A stretch of 64,000 bases of DNA, from the NCBI GenBank assembly GCA_965197745.1, contig CBDANS010000006.1, positions 1,024,001-1,088,000 of the forward strand. The letters run 5' to 3'. The position numbers and the translations under genes are program-made. This document shows, piece by piece, positions 11,047 to 22,671 of this stretch; position 1 is the stretch's first letter, and each line of letters opens with the position of its first letter. The notes beneath the pieces were generated by a model. That model made no database searches, was not told where the DNA came from, and saw only the letters and a program-made list of their open reading frames with translations. Source of the stretch: Opitutales bacterium (GTDB lineage: Bacteria > Verrucomicrobiota > Verrucomicrobiia > Opitutales > PNEW01).

Positions 11047-12177
11047 ATGCATTTTAAGATTCATCGCGATCATTTCAGTAACGGTTTGCAACAAGTCCTT
11101 AATGTCGTAGGGACGCGGGTAACGATGCCCATATTAAGTAATGTTCTCATCGAAACCGAAGATGATGGTATTACCCTAACGACGACCAATCTTGATCTTG
11201 GAATCCGATGCAAAATACAAGCCTCGGTCTCGGAACCCGGAGGCATTACATTGCCGGTTCGTAAGCTCTCAACGATTGTTCGTGAGCTCCCTAACCTGGA
11301 AGTTAATTTTGAAGTCTCACCCAATCACCAGTCTAAAATTACTTCCGGGGGTTCGCTCTTTCGTATTATGGGAATCGCCAAAGACGAATTTCCTCCCCTC
11401 CCTACCTTCAGCGATAAAAGTGTATTTCTTTTTAAACAGGATGAGCTCGCTCGCATGCTTAAAAATGTGTCTTATGCTCAATCCAATGACGAAACCCGTT
11501 ACATTATGAATGGGGTCTACTTTAATTTTGAAAATGAAAAACTAACGCTAGCCGCGACCGACGGACGGAGACTGGCAGTTACCAGTATTGATATGGAAAT
11601 TGAAGACAGTAACACCGGTAACCTCATCCTGCCGGCAAAAACAGGCGCGGAGGTAGAGCGCCTCCTGGGACAAGGTGATGATGTAAAAATCGCCTTCAAT
11701 GACCGACAGGTTTCGATTGAAATAAACGCTAACTCAGATGAAGCTGATTCAGGACTCATTGGGAGTATTGAGCTTGTATCCAAGGTGGTCGAAGGCAATT
11801 ACCCCAATTATCACCAGGTAATACCGAAGGAAACGGAACAGCGCGTTAAAGTTGAGCGTGAGTTGCTTCTTGATTGTGTTCGCCGTGCCGCGCTCGTGAC
11901 CAGCGATAAAAATAACTCGGTAAAAATAAAAGCAACCGAGAACCTACTGGAAATCAGTGGATCGAGCCCGGAGTATGGGGAGTCGCACGAATCGATTGCG
12001 GTCGCGTATGAAGGCCCGGAGGTGCAGGTGGCTTTCAATCCTCAATTCCTCGTAGATCCCCTCAAAGCGATTACTAAAGACGAGGTGATATTTGAGTTTA
12101 AAGACGAACTGAGCCCGGGTGTATTGCGAACCCTGGAGAGTTTTATGTGCGTTATCATGCCTTTACGGCTTAATTAA
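11047..12177 (+). CDS. dnaN: DNA polymerase III beta clamp
   Basis: PILSNVL, ATDGRRL, GNYPNY and C-terminal IMPLRL motifs. Confidence 0.97.
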   Translation: MHFKIHRDHFSNGLQQVLNVVGTRVTMPILSNVLIETEDDGITLTTTNLDLGIRCKIQASVSEPGGITLPVRKLSTIVRELPNLEVNFEVSPNHQSKITSGGSLFRIMGIAKDEFPPLPTFSDKSVFLFKQDELARMLKNVSYAQSNDETRYIMNGVYFNFENEKLTLAATDGRRLAVTSIDMEIEDSNTGNLILPAKTGAEVERLLGQGDDVKIAFNDRQVSIEINANSDEADSGLIGSIELVSKVVEGNYPNYHQVIPKETEQRVKVERELLLDCVRRAALVTSDKNNSVKIKATENLLEISGSSPEYGESHESIAVAYEGPEVQVAFNPQFLVDPLKAITKDEVIFEFKDELSPGVLRTLESFMCVIMPLRLN

Positions 12178-12246
12178 TTCGGTCTGTAATCGGCAAATTT
12201 AATTATACGGTTTCTTATAATCGTATTATCTTTATAATATATATTC

Positions 12247-13134
12247 ATGTCTCTCTACCTGGACATCGCTCATGGTCTTCTCGTTCTTATCCTGGTAACG
12301 TTAGCCTTTACTTATGCCAGCATTCATTATGCCTCCCCAATTCTCGCTATTTTCTCACGGTGGTCACGCTGGTTGTTATTTGCTTTTACCTTTGCTTACC
12401 TCGCTGGATACTTTGGCAGTTCCACCCGCCCATTCTGGGTCCTCACCCTTTCCGCTTTCCTTCTATGGTTCGTCTTTGAGACCGGGTATTACTGGTTGGC
12501 GATTTCCCACCTGAGCCGTAGTTACCAACCTCTTTTCCCCGACTTCCGGACCAATAGCGCCGGTGATGAATGGCCCAACCAGAGCCACTTTATAACGCTG
12601 CGGGAGTGGCTTCGCAGCCAGGGGTTTTCTCCGCTGATCGCCCTTAAAGCGGAGTTGGAACAGAACTTTTCATTGCGCGCATCGATTTATCAAAGCAGCG
12701 ATAATATTATACGCCTGCAAATTCTCTTTGTGCCCCAACGCAGCGGCAATGTTTCAGTCTGTTATATCCTGAGTTCGATTGCCGGTGATGGTTCACGCCT
12801 CATCACAGATAACTTCTTCCTCCCCTATGGCGGTTTTTATCCCGAGCAGTGGTACATCGAACGTAAGCCGTGGAACCGCTCTCCGCAGCGCTTATTAAAA
12901 CGCCATCGCAGACGGATGGTTAAGTTCGGTGGTGCTTTCAACTCATGGGATGACGATCCGCTCGATGATATAAACGCCCAACAGCGTCATCTCGAGCGTA
13001 TCAATATTGAGTTGGGTTTTCTCTTTCCCCGGGAACTCCATGAAAAACATGGTAAAATTACCTGGGAAGGTCGCTACCGTGTGTGGAAAGAACTCTGGCT
13101 TCTCAATTATTTGGGGATTGCCCAAAGTTATTGA
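12247..13134 (+). CDS. Hypothetical membrane protein
   Basis: 295-aa ORF with about three N-terminal transmembrane segments, downstream of dnaN. Confidence 0.7.
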   Translation: MSLYLDIAHGLLVLILVTLAFTYASIHYASPILAIFSRWSRWLLFAFTFAYLAGYFGSSTRPFWVLTLSAFLLWFVFETGYYWLAISHLSRSYQPLFPDFRTNSAGDEWPNQSHFITLREWLRSQGFSPLIALKAELEQNFSLRASIYQSSDNIIRLQILFVPQRSGNVSVCYILSSIAGDGSRLITDNFFLPYGGFYPEQWYIERKPWNRSPQRLLKRHRRRMVKFGGAFNSWDDDPLDDINAQQRHLERINIELGFLFPRELHEKHGKITWEGRYRVWKELWLLNYLGIAQSY

Positions 13135-13157
13135 TCCCTGGTGGGGACCAATCTTAA

Positions 13158-14174
13158 TCAGCCTCCAATATAGGACATCTCCACTTTATGAGGGGACATG
13201 TGTTTTTTGAGAAGGTCTTTGCGCAACTCTGAATAACGGTCGCTTCGCTTACTCCACGTGCCTGTCAGTAGGGTGAGTAACGCTAAGTCGCTCGCGCCTT
13301 CGCGTAGCGCTTTGCGTAAATCCTTGCCCTTGTTGGCAAATAAACAGGTGTAGAGCTGCCCGTCAGCAGTAATACGGGCGCGCGTACAATCGCGACAGAA
13401 AGGTTGTGTGACCGATGCGATGATACCAATCTCTACCTGGTTATCCGCATAACGGTAGCGTTTAGCCACCTCGCCACGATAGTCGGAGTCGACCGGTTCA
13501 ATCCGGAATTCTGACTGCAGGTCAGCAAGAATCTGTTTAGCCGGATATACGGCGCTCTTCTCCCAGCCGTTATGATTACCGACATCCATAAACTCAATAA
13601 ACCGTAACGTAAACGCGTGTCCTCTGGCATAGCGGGCCAGGGGTAGAATTTGCGTCTCATTGACCCCTTTTTCTACCACCATGTTGATCTTTACCGGTAA
13701 TCCTACACCGGCTGCCGCTTCCATTCCCTCTATCACGCGATTTACCGCTACCCCGCGACCATTCATCTTTTTGAATATCGAATCATCGATCGCGTCTAAA
13801 CTCACCGTAACCCGTTTTAATCCCGCTGCGTGGAGTGCTTCAACCGTCTGGTCTAAGAGTAAACCATTGGTTGTCAATGCGATGTCATCTATTCCGGGTA
13901 TTACCGAGAGAAATTTGACTAAATGGTCAAGTTCTTTCCTGATTAATGGTTCACCCCCTGTTAAGCGGATTTTCCGCACCCCACATTGAGAAAAAATCCT
14001 AGCCAATCGGGCAATCTCTTCGTAGGTAAGGAGTTCAGGTTTATTTAAAAATGCATAATCGCGTCCAAAAATCTCTGCCGGCATACAATAAGTGCAGCGC
14101 AAGTTACACCTGTCCGTAACGGAAATACGGAGGTCATGTAGCGGCCGGCCTAAAGTGTCAATGGGAAGGGTCAT
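13158..14174 (-). CDS. moaA: GTP 3',8-cyclase
   Basis: RISVTDRCNLRCTYC, C-terminal CxxC cluster and terminal IGG. Confidence 0.96.
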   Translation of the reverse strand: MTLPIDTLGRPLHDLRISVTDRCNLRCTYCMPAEIFGRDYAFLNKPELLTYEEIARLARIFSQCGVRKIRLTGGEPLIRKELDHLVKFLSVIPGIDDIALTTNGLLLDQTVEALHAAGLKRVTVSLDAIDDSIFKKMNGRGVAVNRVIEGMEAAAGVGLPVKINMVVEKGVNETQILPLARYARGHAFTLRFIEFMDVGNHNGWEKSAVYPAKQILADLQSEFRIEPVDSDYRGEVAKRYRYADNQVEIGIIASVTQPFCRDCTRARITADGQLYTCLFANKGKDLRKALREGASDLALLTLLTGTWSKRSDRYSELRKDLLKKHMSPHKVEMSYIGG

Positions 14175-14261
14175 AATATTATAGGAGCAGATAAAATGGA
14201 TGGGAATTGCAAAATCTTCAATTTTAAAGGGAAATTAATTTAAAGCGAATTTCAACCGAGA

Positions 14262-15476
14262 GTGGAAATGAGTATTTCCTGTGAAGAAGCCTTTAGTATT
14301 ATCGAAGAGACAACGGAGGCACTGCCATCTGAGGATTGTCCATTTGAGGGATTAGTAGGCCGTATCCTGCGCGAACCGGTAGTGGCCGATCGTGATTTAC
14401 CACCATTTAATCGTGTAATGATGGATGGGATTGCCATAGCTCAATCCGCATGGGATGATGGCATACGTGATTTCCCAATAGATGGGATGCAGGCAGCGGG
14501 TGCGTCGGTCCAGCAATTAAAGGACAAACATCACTGTCTCGAAGTTATGACCGGCGCCGTTTTGCCAACGCACTGCGAGTGTGTACTGCCCTACGAAGAA
14601 ATTACAATCGAGGCGGGTATCGCAAAAGTGGCTAATGGCACTTTAGCCAATGCGGGATTAAATATCCATCAGCAGGGGAGTGATTTTCCTGTTGGGGCGA
14701 CCCTTGTTGAGGCGGGAACACAGATTACCTCTCGAGAAATTGCGGTTGCGGCATCCTGTGGAAAAGAATCCCTCTCGGTTACCATCAGGCCGCGTATAGC
14801 GTTAATCGACTCCGGTGATGAACTGATTGAGATCAATGAATCGGTCGCGCAGCACCAGATCAGACGCTCCAATATTTATGCGCTCAATGCAGCGCTCACA
14901 GCTATCGGCATTACTGATTCCGAACAGATCCACATTAAAGATGATCGTGAGAACATTGAGATAACCTTGCGTGACATTGTTGAACGCACCGACGTAGTTA
15001 TCCTCAGTGGTGGAGTATCCAAGGGCAAACGCGATTTCATACCCGAGGTTCTCGAATCTGTGGGGGTGGAAAAAGCTTTTCACGGGGTTAAACAACGCCC
15101 CGGAAAACCCTTCTGGTATGGAAATATTTCCGGGGGCCCGGCGGTTTTTGCCCTGCCGGGTAATCCTCTTTCCACCCTGGTCTGTTTTCATCGCCATGTG
15201 AAACCCGCTATTGATATTATGCTGGCGCTGAGTCATAGAGTTTCAGGGTGGGCGGCATTAGCTCAACCCTTTACCTTTAAACCTTCATTAACTTTTTTTT
15301 TGCCAGTAATTGTTAAAACGCAGCAAGACGGCCTTCGCAGCGCAATTCCGGTTCCGGTAAGTAATTCCGGGGACTATGCCTCAATCGTGCCCACGCAGGG
15401 TTTTGTTGAGCTCCCCGCGGAAGAACGCGACGTGTTCCCTGAGGGTTATACCACGAAGTACTATACATGGCTTTGA
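14262..15476 (+). CDS. moeA: Molybdopterin molybdenumtransferase
   Basis: PPFNRVMMDG, MTGA, SGGVSKG, RPGKP and LPGNP motifs. Confidence 0.95.
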   Translation: MEMSISCEEAFSIIEETTEALPSEDCPFEGLVGRILREPVVADRDLPPFNRVMMDGIAIAQSAWDDGIRDFPIDGMQAAGASVQQLKDKHHCLEVMTGAVLPTHCECVLPYEEITIEAGIAKVANGTLANAGLNIHQQGSDFPVGATLVEAGTQITSREIAVAASCGKESLSVTIRPRIALIDSGDELIEINESVAQHQIRRSNIYALNAALTAIGITDSEQIHIKDDRENIEITLRDIVERTDVVILSGGVSKGKRDFIPEVLESVGVEKAFHGVKQRPGKPFWYGNISGGPAVFALPGNPLSTLVCFHRHVKPAIDIMLALSHRVSGWAALAQPFTFKPSLTFFLPVIVKTQQDGLRSAIPVPVSNSGDYASIVPTQGFVELPAEERDVFPEGYTTKYYTWL

Positions 15477-15506
15477 AACGGACTAAAATAACAGAACTAT
15501 TTCAAA

Positions 15507-15977
15507 ATGGCTTTTTCCCACATAAATAAAGAGAACGAACCTGAGATGGTAGACATCGGCAGCAAACCCGTGACTTCCCGTAAAGCTCACGCCCGCGCCG
15601 TGGTTGTTTTGACGGATGAGATCATGAAACATTTTAAAGGAAATGAACTCATGAGTAAAAAAGGGCCGGTATTCCAGACGGCAATTTTAGCAGGAGTGAT
15701 GGCGGCAAAAAAAACCCATGGGCTCATTCCCTTGTGTCACGCGATACCGCTGGAAGATTGTAAAATCACGATTGTCCCTGATGAAGGAGCCCGGGTCGTG
15801 GTCGACTGTGTTGCGAAAGCAACGCATAAAACGGGAGTCGAAATGGAAGCACTCACCGGTGCCAGTATTGCGGCTTTAACTATTTACGATATGTGCAAAG
15901 CCGTGTCACGTGGGATTATCATTGAGCGTATTCGGCTCATTGAAAAAACCGGCGGTAAAAGCGACTTTAAAGAATAA
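15507..15977 (+). CDS. moaC: Cyclic pyranopterin monophosphate synthase
   Basis: MVDIGSK, LIPLCH, TGVEMEAL, IYDMCKA and KTGGKS motifs. Confidence 0.96.
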   Translation: MAFSHINKENEPEMVDIGSKPVTSRKAHARAVVVLTDEIMKHFKGNELMSKKGPVFQTAILAGVMAAKKTHGLIPLCHAIPLEDCKITIVPDEGARVVVDCVAKATHKTGVEMEALTGASIAALTIYDMCKAVSRGIIIERIRLIEKTGGKSDFKE

Positions 15978-16034
15978 TGTTGTGCTGCCAGTACTTCGCG
16001 CTCGAAGGGTGCGAGGCGGGGCCTCGAGTTTTGT

Positions 16035-16667
16035 ATGAAATCAACACGGCTTTATATTATCAGGCACGGTGAAACGGAATGGAACCTTAAGAGGATTATT
16101 CAAGGCCATGCGGACAGCCCGCTAACCGATTCCGGAAGGGCTCAGGCGATGGCCATCGCCACAAGGCTACAGGGATTAGAATTTAATACCCTCTACAGCA
16201 GTGACCTCGGGAGAGCGGTGTCCACCGCGCAATACATTTCCGATAAATGCGGGCATCCCATTTTTACGGATGAACGCCTGAGAGAATTGAATTATGGTGT
16301 TTTCGAGGGTCTCAATGAGGCGGAGGCCGCCCGGCGGTTTCCAAAGGAGTTCAAATTTCTTAAAAACCGTGACCCGGAATATATCATCCCAGGCGGGGAA
16401 AGTTATAACCAGTTTTCTGCGCGAGCCATATCCTGCCTGGAGGAATTAATGGACAAGCATAAAGGGGAGCAAATTATGGTAATCACACATGGAGGCATAC
16501 TTAGCCGGTTATTCCGGCACGCCCTTAATCTTCCGGTTGTTGGACCCTATAATTTCAGAATAAGCAATGCCGCGCTTAATGCATTTTTTTTCGCAAACAG
16601 GCGCTGGCAACTGGAAATATGGGGAGACATAAGTCATCTTAGCAAGGTAAAGGTGACTTCAGCCTGA
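16035..16667 (+). CDS. Histidine phosphatase family protein
   Basis: RHGETEWN, SSDLGRA and THGG motifs. Confidence 0.88.
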   Translation: MKSTRLYIIRHGETEWNLKRIIQGHADSPLTDSGRAQAMAIATRLQGLEFNTLYSSDLGRAVSTAQYISDKCGHPIFTDERLRELNYGVFEGLNEAEAARRFPKEFKFLKNRDPEYIIPGGESYNQFSARAISCLEELMDKHKGEQIMVITHGGILSRLFRHALNLPVVGPYNFRISNAALNAFFFANRRWQLEIWGDISHLSKVKVTSA

Positions 16668-16697
16668 TCGGATTCCAGCTATAGAGGGTATTTTAAA

Positions 16698-17315
16698 ATG
16701 ACTGAGAAAAAAAACATTATGGGACTTGTGCTTGCCGGAGGAAGAAGCAGGCGAATGGGGCAGGACAAGACCCAACTCACAATTTTGGGCCAATCGCTCT
16801 TAATGCGCACTTATGAACTTGCCGTGCAGGTGTGCTCCGAGACCTACATTTCACTTCGTCAGGGACAGGATCAACCGAGGGAACCAGGGATTCAATCGGG
16901 AACGATTATTGATGACCAGTATGGTGAAATTGGACCTTTAGGAGGCATCCTCTCAGCGTTTGATAAACAGCCGGGCGGGCCATGGCTGGTCCTGGCCGTC
17001 GATTTGCCCTGTCTCGATAAAAACACACTGGATTTTCTATTGGCGCACCGAAACCCCGAAAAGCCGTTTACCGCTTACCGCGGTAGTAGCGACGGTCTGC
17101 CCGAACCCCTATGCGCCATTTATGAACCACAGAGTAAGGGTATTCTATGGGATTATTTTAAAAATCGGCGTGACCACTCTCCTAGAAGCATCCTTATCAA
17201 AGAAAACCCTCATCTTCTCAACCTTCCCAAGGCAAAGGCACTTGCCAATATTAATACCCTTGGGGATTATCAGAATATACTTGCGCAGTTAACCGTCGAA
17301 AATGAACCCAAATAA
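16698..17315 (+). CDS. mobA: Molybdenum cofactor guanylyltransferase
   Basis: LAGGRSRRMGQDK, GPLGG, EPLCAIY and NINT motifs. Confidence 0.92.
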   Translation: MTEKKNIMGLVLAGGRSRRMGQDKTQLTILGQSLLMRTYELAVQVCSETYISLRQGQDQPREPGIQSGTIIDDQYGEIGPLGGILSAFDKQPGGPWLVLAVDLPCLDKNTLDFLLAHRNPEKPFTAYRGSSDGLPEPLCAIYEPQSKGILWDYFKNRRDHSPRSILIKENPHLLNLPKAKALANINTLGDYQNILAQLTVENEPK

Positions 17316-17553
17316 AACCATTCAATTGGTCTATTATGCAATCCTTCGTGAACAGCGCGGGCTGAGCGAAGAAAAGCACGCAACATCTGCCGCTACCGCG
17401 CGCGAGCTATACGAGGAGTTAAAAAATGCGCACGGGTTTAATTTGCAGATAGAAGACCTCAAGGTGGCAATTAACGGCGATTTTACCGAATATGATAACG
17501 CCATCCGTGATGGCGATGACGTCGTCTTCATCCCCCCTGTAACGGGCGGTTAG
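17302..17553 (+). CDS. moaD: Molybdopterin synthase sulfur carrier
   Basis: 83-aa ubiquitin-like protein ending in PPVTGG. Confidence 0.93.
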   Translation: MNPNKTIQLVYYAILREQRGLSEEKHATSAATARELYEELKNAHGFNLQIEDLKVAINGDFTEYDNAIRDGDDVVFIPPVTGG

Positions 17554-17561
17554 AATTATTC

Positions 17562-18011
17562 GTGATGTTTAAAATTTCTGATAAGCCGCTGGAAGAGAGA
17601 GCTCTTAGAGACTCCATGGCCCATGCCGAAGCCGGAGGGTTTGTAAGCTTTGAGGGATGGGTTCGCGATGTCAATGAGGGCAGACAGGTAAACGCACTTG
17701 AATATGAAGCGTTTACTGAGCTTGCCGAGCGTGAGGGCAGCCGCATCCTTAGAGAGGCAGAAGAAAAGTATGATCTTCTCAATTCGCAGTGCTGGCATCG
17801 CGTAGGACATTTACAAATCGGGGAGATGGCCGTTTGGGTGGGGGTTTGTTCCGCCCATCGAGCGGACGCATTTAAAGCGTGTAAGTATATCATTGATGAA
17901 GTAAAACAGCGCGTTCCTATCTGGAAAAAAGAATATTACAAAGAGGGGGACAGCGGCTGGCTCTGCCCTGTCGAGGGCTATGCGCACGCGCGTCCTGAAA
18001 AAAAGGAATGA
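17562..18011 (+). CDS. moaE: Molybdopterin synthase catalytic subunit
   Basis: FEGWVR, LEYEA, HRVG, SAHR and PIWKKE motifs. Confidence 0.94.
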   Translation: MMFKISDKPLEERALRDSMAHAEAGGFVSFEGWVRDVNEGRQVNALEYEAFTELAEREGSRILREAEEKYDLLNSQCWHRVGHLQIGEMAVWVGVCSAHRADAFKACKYIIDEVKQRVPIWKKEYYKEGDSGWLCPVEGYAHARPEKKE

Positions 18012-19510
18012 GCGCGAATCGATCAGATATTGGATTAATCGGATTGGCCGTCATGGGACAAAATCTTGCCCTCAATATCGCCGATCATGGCTTCCGCATC
18101 TCAGTCTATAATCGCACCGCAGCGAAGACGGAAAAATTTGTTGCCGAAAACCCTGGCACTCCGGGGGCACTGGTGGGGAAAATCGACTTGAAGGACTTTG
18201 TGCAATCGCTTTCCCAACCGCGAAAAATAATTATTCTTGTCCAGGCAGGCAGCGGAACGGATGCGGTAATCGACAGTCTATTGCCTTTGCTGGACACGGG
18301 GGACATCATAATCGACGGGGGTAACGCGCAGTGGACAGATACGATCCGGCGTGAAAAAGAGCTGAATGAGAAGGGATACCGTTTTATTGGCTCCGGTGTG
18401 TCCGGTGGCGAAGAAGGCGCACGCTTTGGGCCCTCCCTTATGCCCGGGGGCCGTGAAGACGCGTGGAGAGAACTTGAACCCATCTGGAATGCAATCGCAG
18501 CCAAGGTTGATCCGGAGACCGGAAGGCCGCTGGAGGGGATGGAACCCGGGAAACCTGTAGTGGGGGGCGTTCCCTGTACCGCCTATATAGGCGCCAATGG
18601 TGCGGGGCATTATGTCAAGATGGTTCATAATGGGATTGAATACGGAGATATGCAGATGATCTGTGAAGCCTATGATTTAATGCGTAATCTTCTCGGCATG
18701 TCTTCGGCAGAAATGGGGGGTACCTTCGAGACCTGGAATGGGGGTGTTCTTGATTCTTTTCTCATACAGATAACCGCAGACATTTTAATACAGACCGATC
18801 CGGTATCGGGGGAACCCTTTGTCGATATTGTTCTCGATGCGGCGGGGCAGAAGGGTACCGGCAAATGGACCAGCATCAATTCGATTGATATGGGGGTTCC
18901 CGCGCCGACCATTGCCGAAGCGGTTTTTGCCCGCTTCCTTAGCGCGATTAAGGATGAGCGAAGTGCGGCCAGCGCTATTCTCAAGGGCCCGGGGAAAACG
19001 TTTCAAGGAGATAAGCCCTCTTTTATCGCGGCCGTTCATGACGCGCTTTATTGCGCAAAAATCTGCTCTTATGCCCAGGGATTTCAACTTATGCGCGCGG
19101 CGCAAAATGAATACTCCTGGAATCTAAATTTTGGGGAAATTGCGCAAATCTGGCGTGGGGGTTGTATTATTCGTGCCGCTTTTCTCCAAAAAATTACCGA
19201 GGCCTATGCGCGGGACACCCAATTGGCTAATCTCCTTCTCGATCCCTATTTTAACGATGCCGTGCAGCAGGCACAGATCAACTGGCGACTTGTAATTGGT
19301 GCAGCGGCGGAATACGGAATTCCTGTTCCCACCTTTTCCTCGGCCCTCGCCTACTACGATAGTTATCGCGAGGAGCGACTGCCGCAAAACCTTCTTCAAG
19401 GACAGCGGGATTATTTCGGCGCGCATACCTATGAACGCACGGATCAGCCTCGGGGGAAATTTTTCCATATTGACTGGCCCGCCCCTTCACGACCCCAAGA
19501 GGAGGTATAA
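18008..19510 (+). CDS. gnd: 6-phosphogluconate dehydrogenase (decarboxylating)
   Basis: [27 protein letters not shown] and QRDYFGAH motifs. Confidence 0.97.
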   Translation: MSANRSDIGLIGLAVMGQNLALNIADHGFRISVYNRTAAKTEKFVAENPGTPGALVGKIDLKDFVQSLSQPRKIIILVQAGSGTDAVIDSLLPLLDTGDIIIDGGNAQWTDTIRREKELNEKGYRFIGSGVSGGEEGARFGPSLMPGGREDAWRELEPIWNAIAAKVDPETGRPLEGMEPGKPVVGGVPCTAYIGANGAGHYVKMVHNGIEYGDMQMICEAYDLMRNLLGMSSAEMGGTFETWNGGVLDSFLIQITADILIQTDPVSGEPFVDIVLDAAGQKGTGKWTSINSIDMGVPAPTIAEAVFARFLSAIKDERSAASAILKGPGKTFQGDKPSFIAAVHDALYCAKICSYAQGFQLMRAAQNEYSWNLNFGEIAQIWRGGCIIRAAFLQKITEAYARDTQLANLLLDPYFNDAVQQAQINWRLVIGAAAEYGIPVPTFSSALAYYDSYREERLPQNLLQGQRDYFGAHTYERTDQPRGKFFHIDWPAPSRPQEEV

Positions 19511-19837
19511 TTATAATTGCAGAAATTTAAGGGGTTACTCTTCGTCTTTATCTCATACTTGGAAGATAAGATTTTATTAATCATACAATGGCGAAGAAGA
19601 AGAAGATCCTAAATAATAGGGACTAATTGTGTTGTGTGCGTCTACGATGATGTCGCAGCAATGATCAGTCAGCTCAATGCTATTCGCGCCACAAGTGCCG
19701 CAATAATAGCTAATCCTCTTAGGTTACCTGATCAAATTTCGTCGCGTTATCGATAAAATGGAGCGATCGGAAATTATCTAACTGTGTTCAGCGTAAAATC
19801 CATGCTCGGCTTTGAGGCTTTAATTAGTTAACGCCGA

Positions 19838-20332
19838 TCAATCGCGATAAGACCATAAGAGACGCGCGGATTTTCGATCAAGGGCATCGGGGTCTGCGAC
19901 ATGATAGAGATCCCCCGCGAGATCGCGAATGATCATGCCCTCATCAGGCAAGCTTCTTGGCCAATCGTCGAGCTTGGTTTGAAATCTGCGCGGTCCCTGC
20001 TTCGTTTCTACCACCCACAGGCGAAGATCGTATTCCTTTTTGATATTCTTAATCGCTGTCACTTCAAGGGTGAAAGTTGACTCTGCCAGCGTCGCTTCCA
20101 CGGCGCGCCGCGAGGCGTCATCTAGATCTTCAAGCCGGTTAATGAGATAAATTTCTTTGCTCTCATTTTCGCATAGGGATAGAAACCGGGTGGGCGCGCT
20201 CCATGGGAAACAGGGACGCAATAATACCGCGATTGATTTTCCATCGCGCATAACTTTGAGAGTCCCGTCGCTGTCGCGCTTTATCTGTGGGGGCGATTCC
20301 ATTGTTAAATCCTGGCCGTTGTAATTTTCCAT
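19838..20332 (-). CDS. DUF1854-like protein
   Basis: CFPWSAP...LSL, W-x-VET-x-x-G and D-x-x-G-x-x-Y patterns; directly downstream of an ABC transporter, the usual pairing for this family. Confidence 0.7.
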   Translation of the reverse strand: MENYNGQDLTMESPPQIKRDSDGTLKVMRDGKSIAVLLRPCFPWSAPTRFLSLCENESKEIYLINRLEDLDDASRRAVEATLAESTFTLEVTAIKNIKKEYDLRLWVVETKQGPRRFQTKLDDWPRSLPDEGMIIRDLAGDLYHVADPDALDRKSARLLWSYRD

Positions 20333-20367
20333 TTTAAATATTCTATTTCAGGAGAGCATCCGGATTA

Positions 20368-22671
20368 TTAGAGCACATACATTTCATGAAGTTCGCGCTG
20401 TAAATTGTAGAGGTTCTTATAGACCCCGTTTTCTTTTTGCAGGAGTTCATCGTGCGTCCCGCTCTCGACGAGGGATCCTTCATGCATGACAAAAAGCCGG
20501 TTCGCTTTACGCAGGGTAGAGAGGCGATGGGCAATCGCGATGACGGTACGCCCTTCAATAAGCCGTTCCAGGGCCTCCTGAATATTGCGTTCGGTTTCTG
20601 AATCTACACTGCTTGTCGCTTCATCGAGGATTAAAATACGAGGATTGTGCAGGATCGCGCGGGCGATAGACACCCGTTGACGTTCTCCACCACTCAGGGT
20701 GTGACCACGCTCTCCTACAATCGTGTCATAGCCGAGTTTTAATTTGCTGATAAAGTCATGGGCGTTGGCGGCGTTGGCCGCAGTGACTACTTGCTCCAGG
20801 GTTGCTTCCTGGTTACCGTAGCGGATATTGTCGAGAATACTCCCGTGAAAAAGAAATGGGTCCTGCATGACCATGCCGATCTGCTCACGATAGTGGCCGA
20901 TATCGAGGTCGCGAATATCGACACCATCAACCGTAACGCTGCCCGCCTGCGCATCGTAAAACCGCGCAATCAGATTTGTTATCGTTGTTTTCCCCGCGCC
21001 CGATTTGCCAACGAGCCCAATCATTTCGCCGGGGTTTATCTCAAAGGAAATGTTCTTGAGCATATGCAGTACCGGGTCGTAGCCAAATGACACATCGTCA
21101 AATTGTATATTTCCTTCTACTGGATCCAAGCGAACCGGATTGGGGCGAGATACAATTTCGGGTTCTGTATCGAGCAATTCGAATATCCGGTGGGCAGAGC
21201 TGAGCGACCGGTTGATTAACCGGGTAAGATAGCCGAAATTCTCAACCGGCATGATAAACATCCCCACGTAGAGAAGAAAGGCTATAAATTCACCCGGGGT
21301 AAGCGTAATACTATCAGGGGTGCCATCACCGAGAAGACGGGGTAGAGCAAAAAACCAAACGAGGAGAACGAGAGACTCCAGGCCGAGATAAATGAGCGGC
21401 CAGTATGTTGTCCACACCTTCTGAATTCTAATCCCCTCGTTAGTGACACTGGCATTACTTTGACCAAAGCGATTGCGCTCATATTCCTCCTGATTAAAGG
21501 CTTTAACGACGCTTACCCCCGAGAGCGTGTCCGCAAGCAGGCCCGTCATATCCGACCATTTTCGCCATACGCGCAGAAATGTCCGGTGGAGATTGCGGCC
21601 CATAATATAAATAAAATATAAGACCAGAGGCACGGGCCCAATAACCACTAAACTCAGCTGCCAGTCCATCATGAAGAGGACAGTCCCAAGCCCGATTATC
21701 ATCAGGGTGGATAAAGTCATCTCCGCAAAGCCGAAGGCTATAAAATCCCAGAGTCGATCGGTGTCTGAACTTACGCGACTGACAATGCTCCCTGTCTGGC
21801 GATGTGAAAAGTAGCTTAAACTTAATTTATGCAAATGATTGTAGAGGATATCGCGAAGGTCCCGAGCCACCCATTCGCCAATCATCGACATCATCCGCAG
21901 CTGCAGCCACATAAATACCTGGCGCAACAGATAAACAGTAACGATGACCCCCAATATCATCCATCCCGTGCGGGAAGCCTCTTCCAGCGGGACAGCCCCG
22001 TCGGTATAAGGGATAATCACATCGTCTACTAAGTACCCGGTAAAAAAAGGGGGGACCAGGCTAACCGCAGTTAATCCTGCGGCGGAAAGTAAACCCAGGA
22101 TAAAGCGACCTCGATAAGGTTTGATATAGGCTAGCAATCGCCATAATACCGCCACTTTATTTTCTGCGACTGAGGCCTGGGCATTGCTAATCGGTTTCGC
22201 AACGGCCTTGGCATAAACGGAATCTGCATCGACATTGGATTCCCCCAGGGTGTTTCCCTTTATCTTTTCCTTGAGCAGGAAAATGATGGGCCCCATCGCC
22301 TGTCGTTGCCTTTGCGTGTAACGAATGACGGCGAGTGCCGGCTTATCTGGAGCGCCGTAAAAAGAAACAATCGTACAACTTAACCCCGGCGCCTCCCTTA
22401 TTTCTTTAATTTGGGAGTGCGCAATAGTCTTAAACTCGAATTGGGTTCCGTTATCCTTCTCGTGAGCTACCGCTATTTGCTCGGGGCCAAGGGCCAACCA
22501 ACTTTGAGATAACTGGAACGTGGCATCGAGATCGATCAACGCGTAGAGTTGAACGGGTTGATTATTCCAGGCTGATTCTAACTGCGCACGCACAGCTTTC
22601 GGCATCACAGTGGGTTGATCCATGAAGCGGGTAATGAAATTTCTGTCTCTCAATAAATAAGGAGTGTTCAT
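20368..22671 (-). CDS. ABC exporter (fused TMD-NBD) with N-terminal extension
   Basis: GKSGAGKT Walker A, LSGGERQR signature, ILDEATS Walker B and a membrane domain. Confidence 0.92.
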   Translation of the reverse strand: MNTPYLLRDRNFITRFMDQPTVMPKAVRAQLESAWNNQPVQLYALIDLDATFQLSQSWLALGPEQIAVAHEKDNGTQFEFKTIAHSQIKEIREAPGLSCTIVSFYGAPDKPALAVIRYTQRQRQAMGPIIFLLKEKIKGNTLGESNVDADSVYAKAVAKPISNAQASVAENKVAVLWRLLAYIKPYRGRFILGLLSAAGLTAVSLVPPFFTGYLVDDVIIPYTDGAVPLEEASRTGWMILGVIVTVYLLRQVFMWLQLRMMSMIGEWVARDLRDILYNHLHKLSLSYFSHRQTGSIVSRVSSDTDRLWDFIAFGFAEMTLSTLMIIGLGTVLFMMDWQLSLVVIGPVPLVLYFIYIMGRNLHRTFLRVWRKWSDMTGLLADTLSGVSVVKAFNQEEYERNRFGQSNASVTNEGIRIQKVWTTYWPLIYLGLESLVLLVWFFALPRLLGDGTPDSITLTPGEFIAFLLYVGMFIMPVENFGYLTRLINRSLSSAHRIFELLDTEPEIVSRPNPVRLDPVEGNIQFDDVSFGYDPVLHMLKNISFEINPGEMIGLVGKSGAGKTTITNLIARFYDAQAGSVTVDGVDIRDLDIGHYREQIGMVMQDPFLFHGSILDNIRYGNQEATLEQVVTAANAANAHDFISKLKLGYDTIVGERGHTLSGGERQRVSIARAILHNPRILILDEATSSVDSETERNIQEALERLIEGRTVIAIAHRLSTLRKANRLFVMHEGSLVESGTHDELLQKENGVYKNLYNLQRELHEMYVL

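Noticed and set aside
14175..14261. Possible Moco riboswitch between moaA and moeA
   Set aside because: The spacer is too short and AT-rich, with no recognisable structure.
19511..19837. Intergenic gap after gnd with a short MAKKKKILNNRD ORF
   Set aside because: There is no supportable ORF, repeat or RNA structure.
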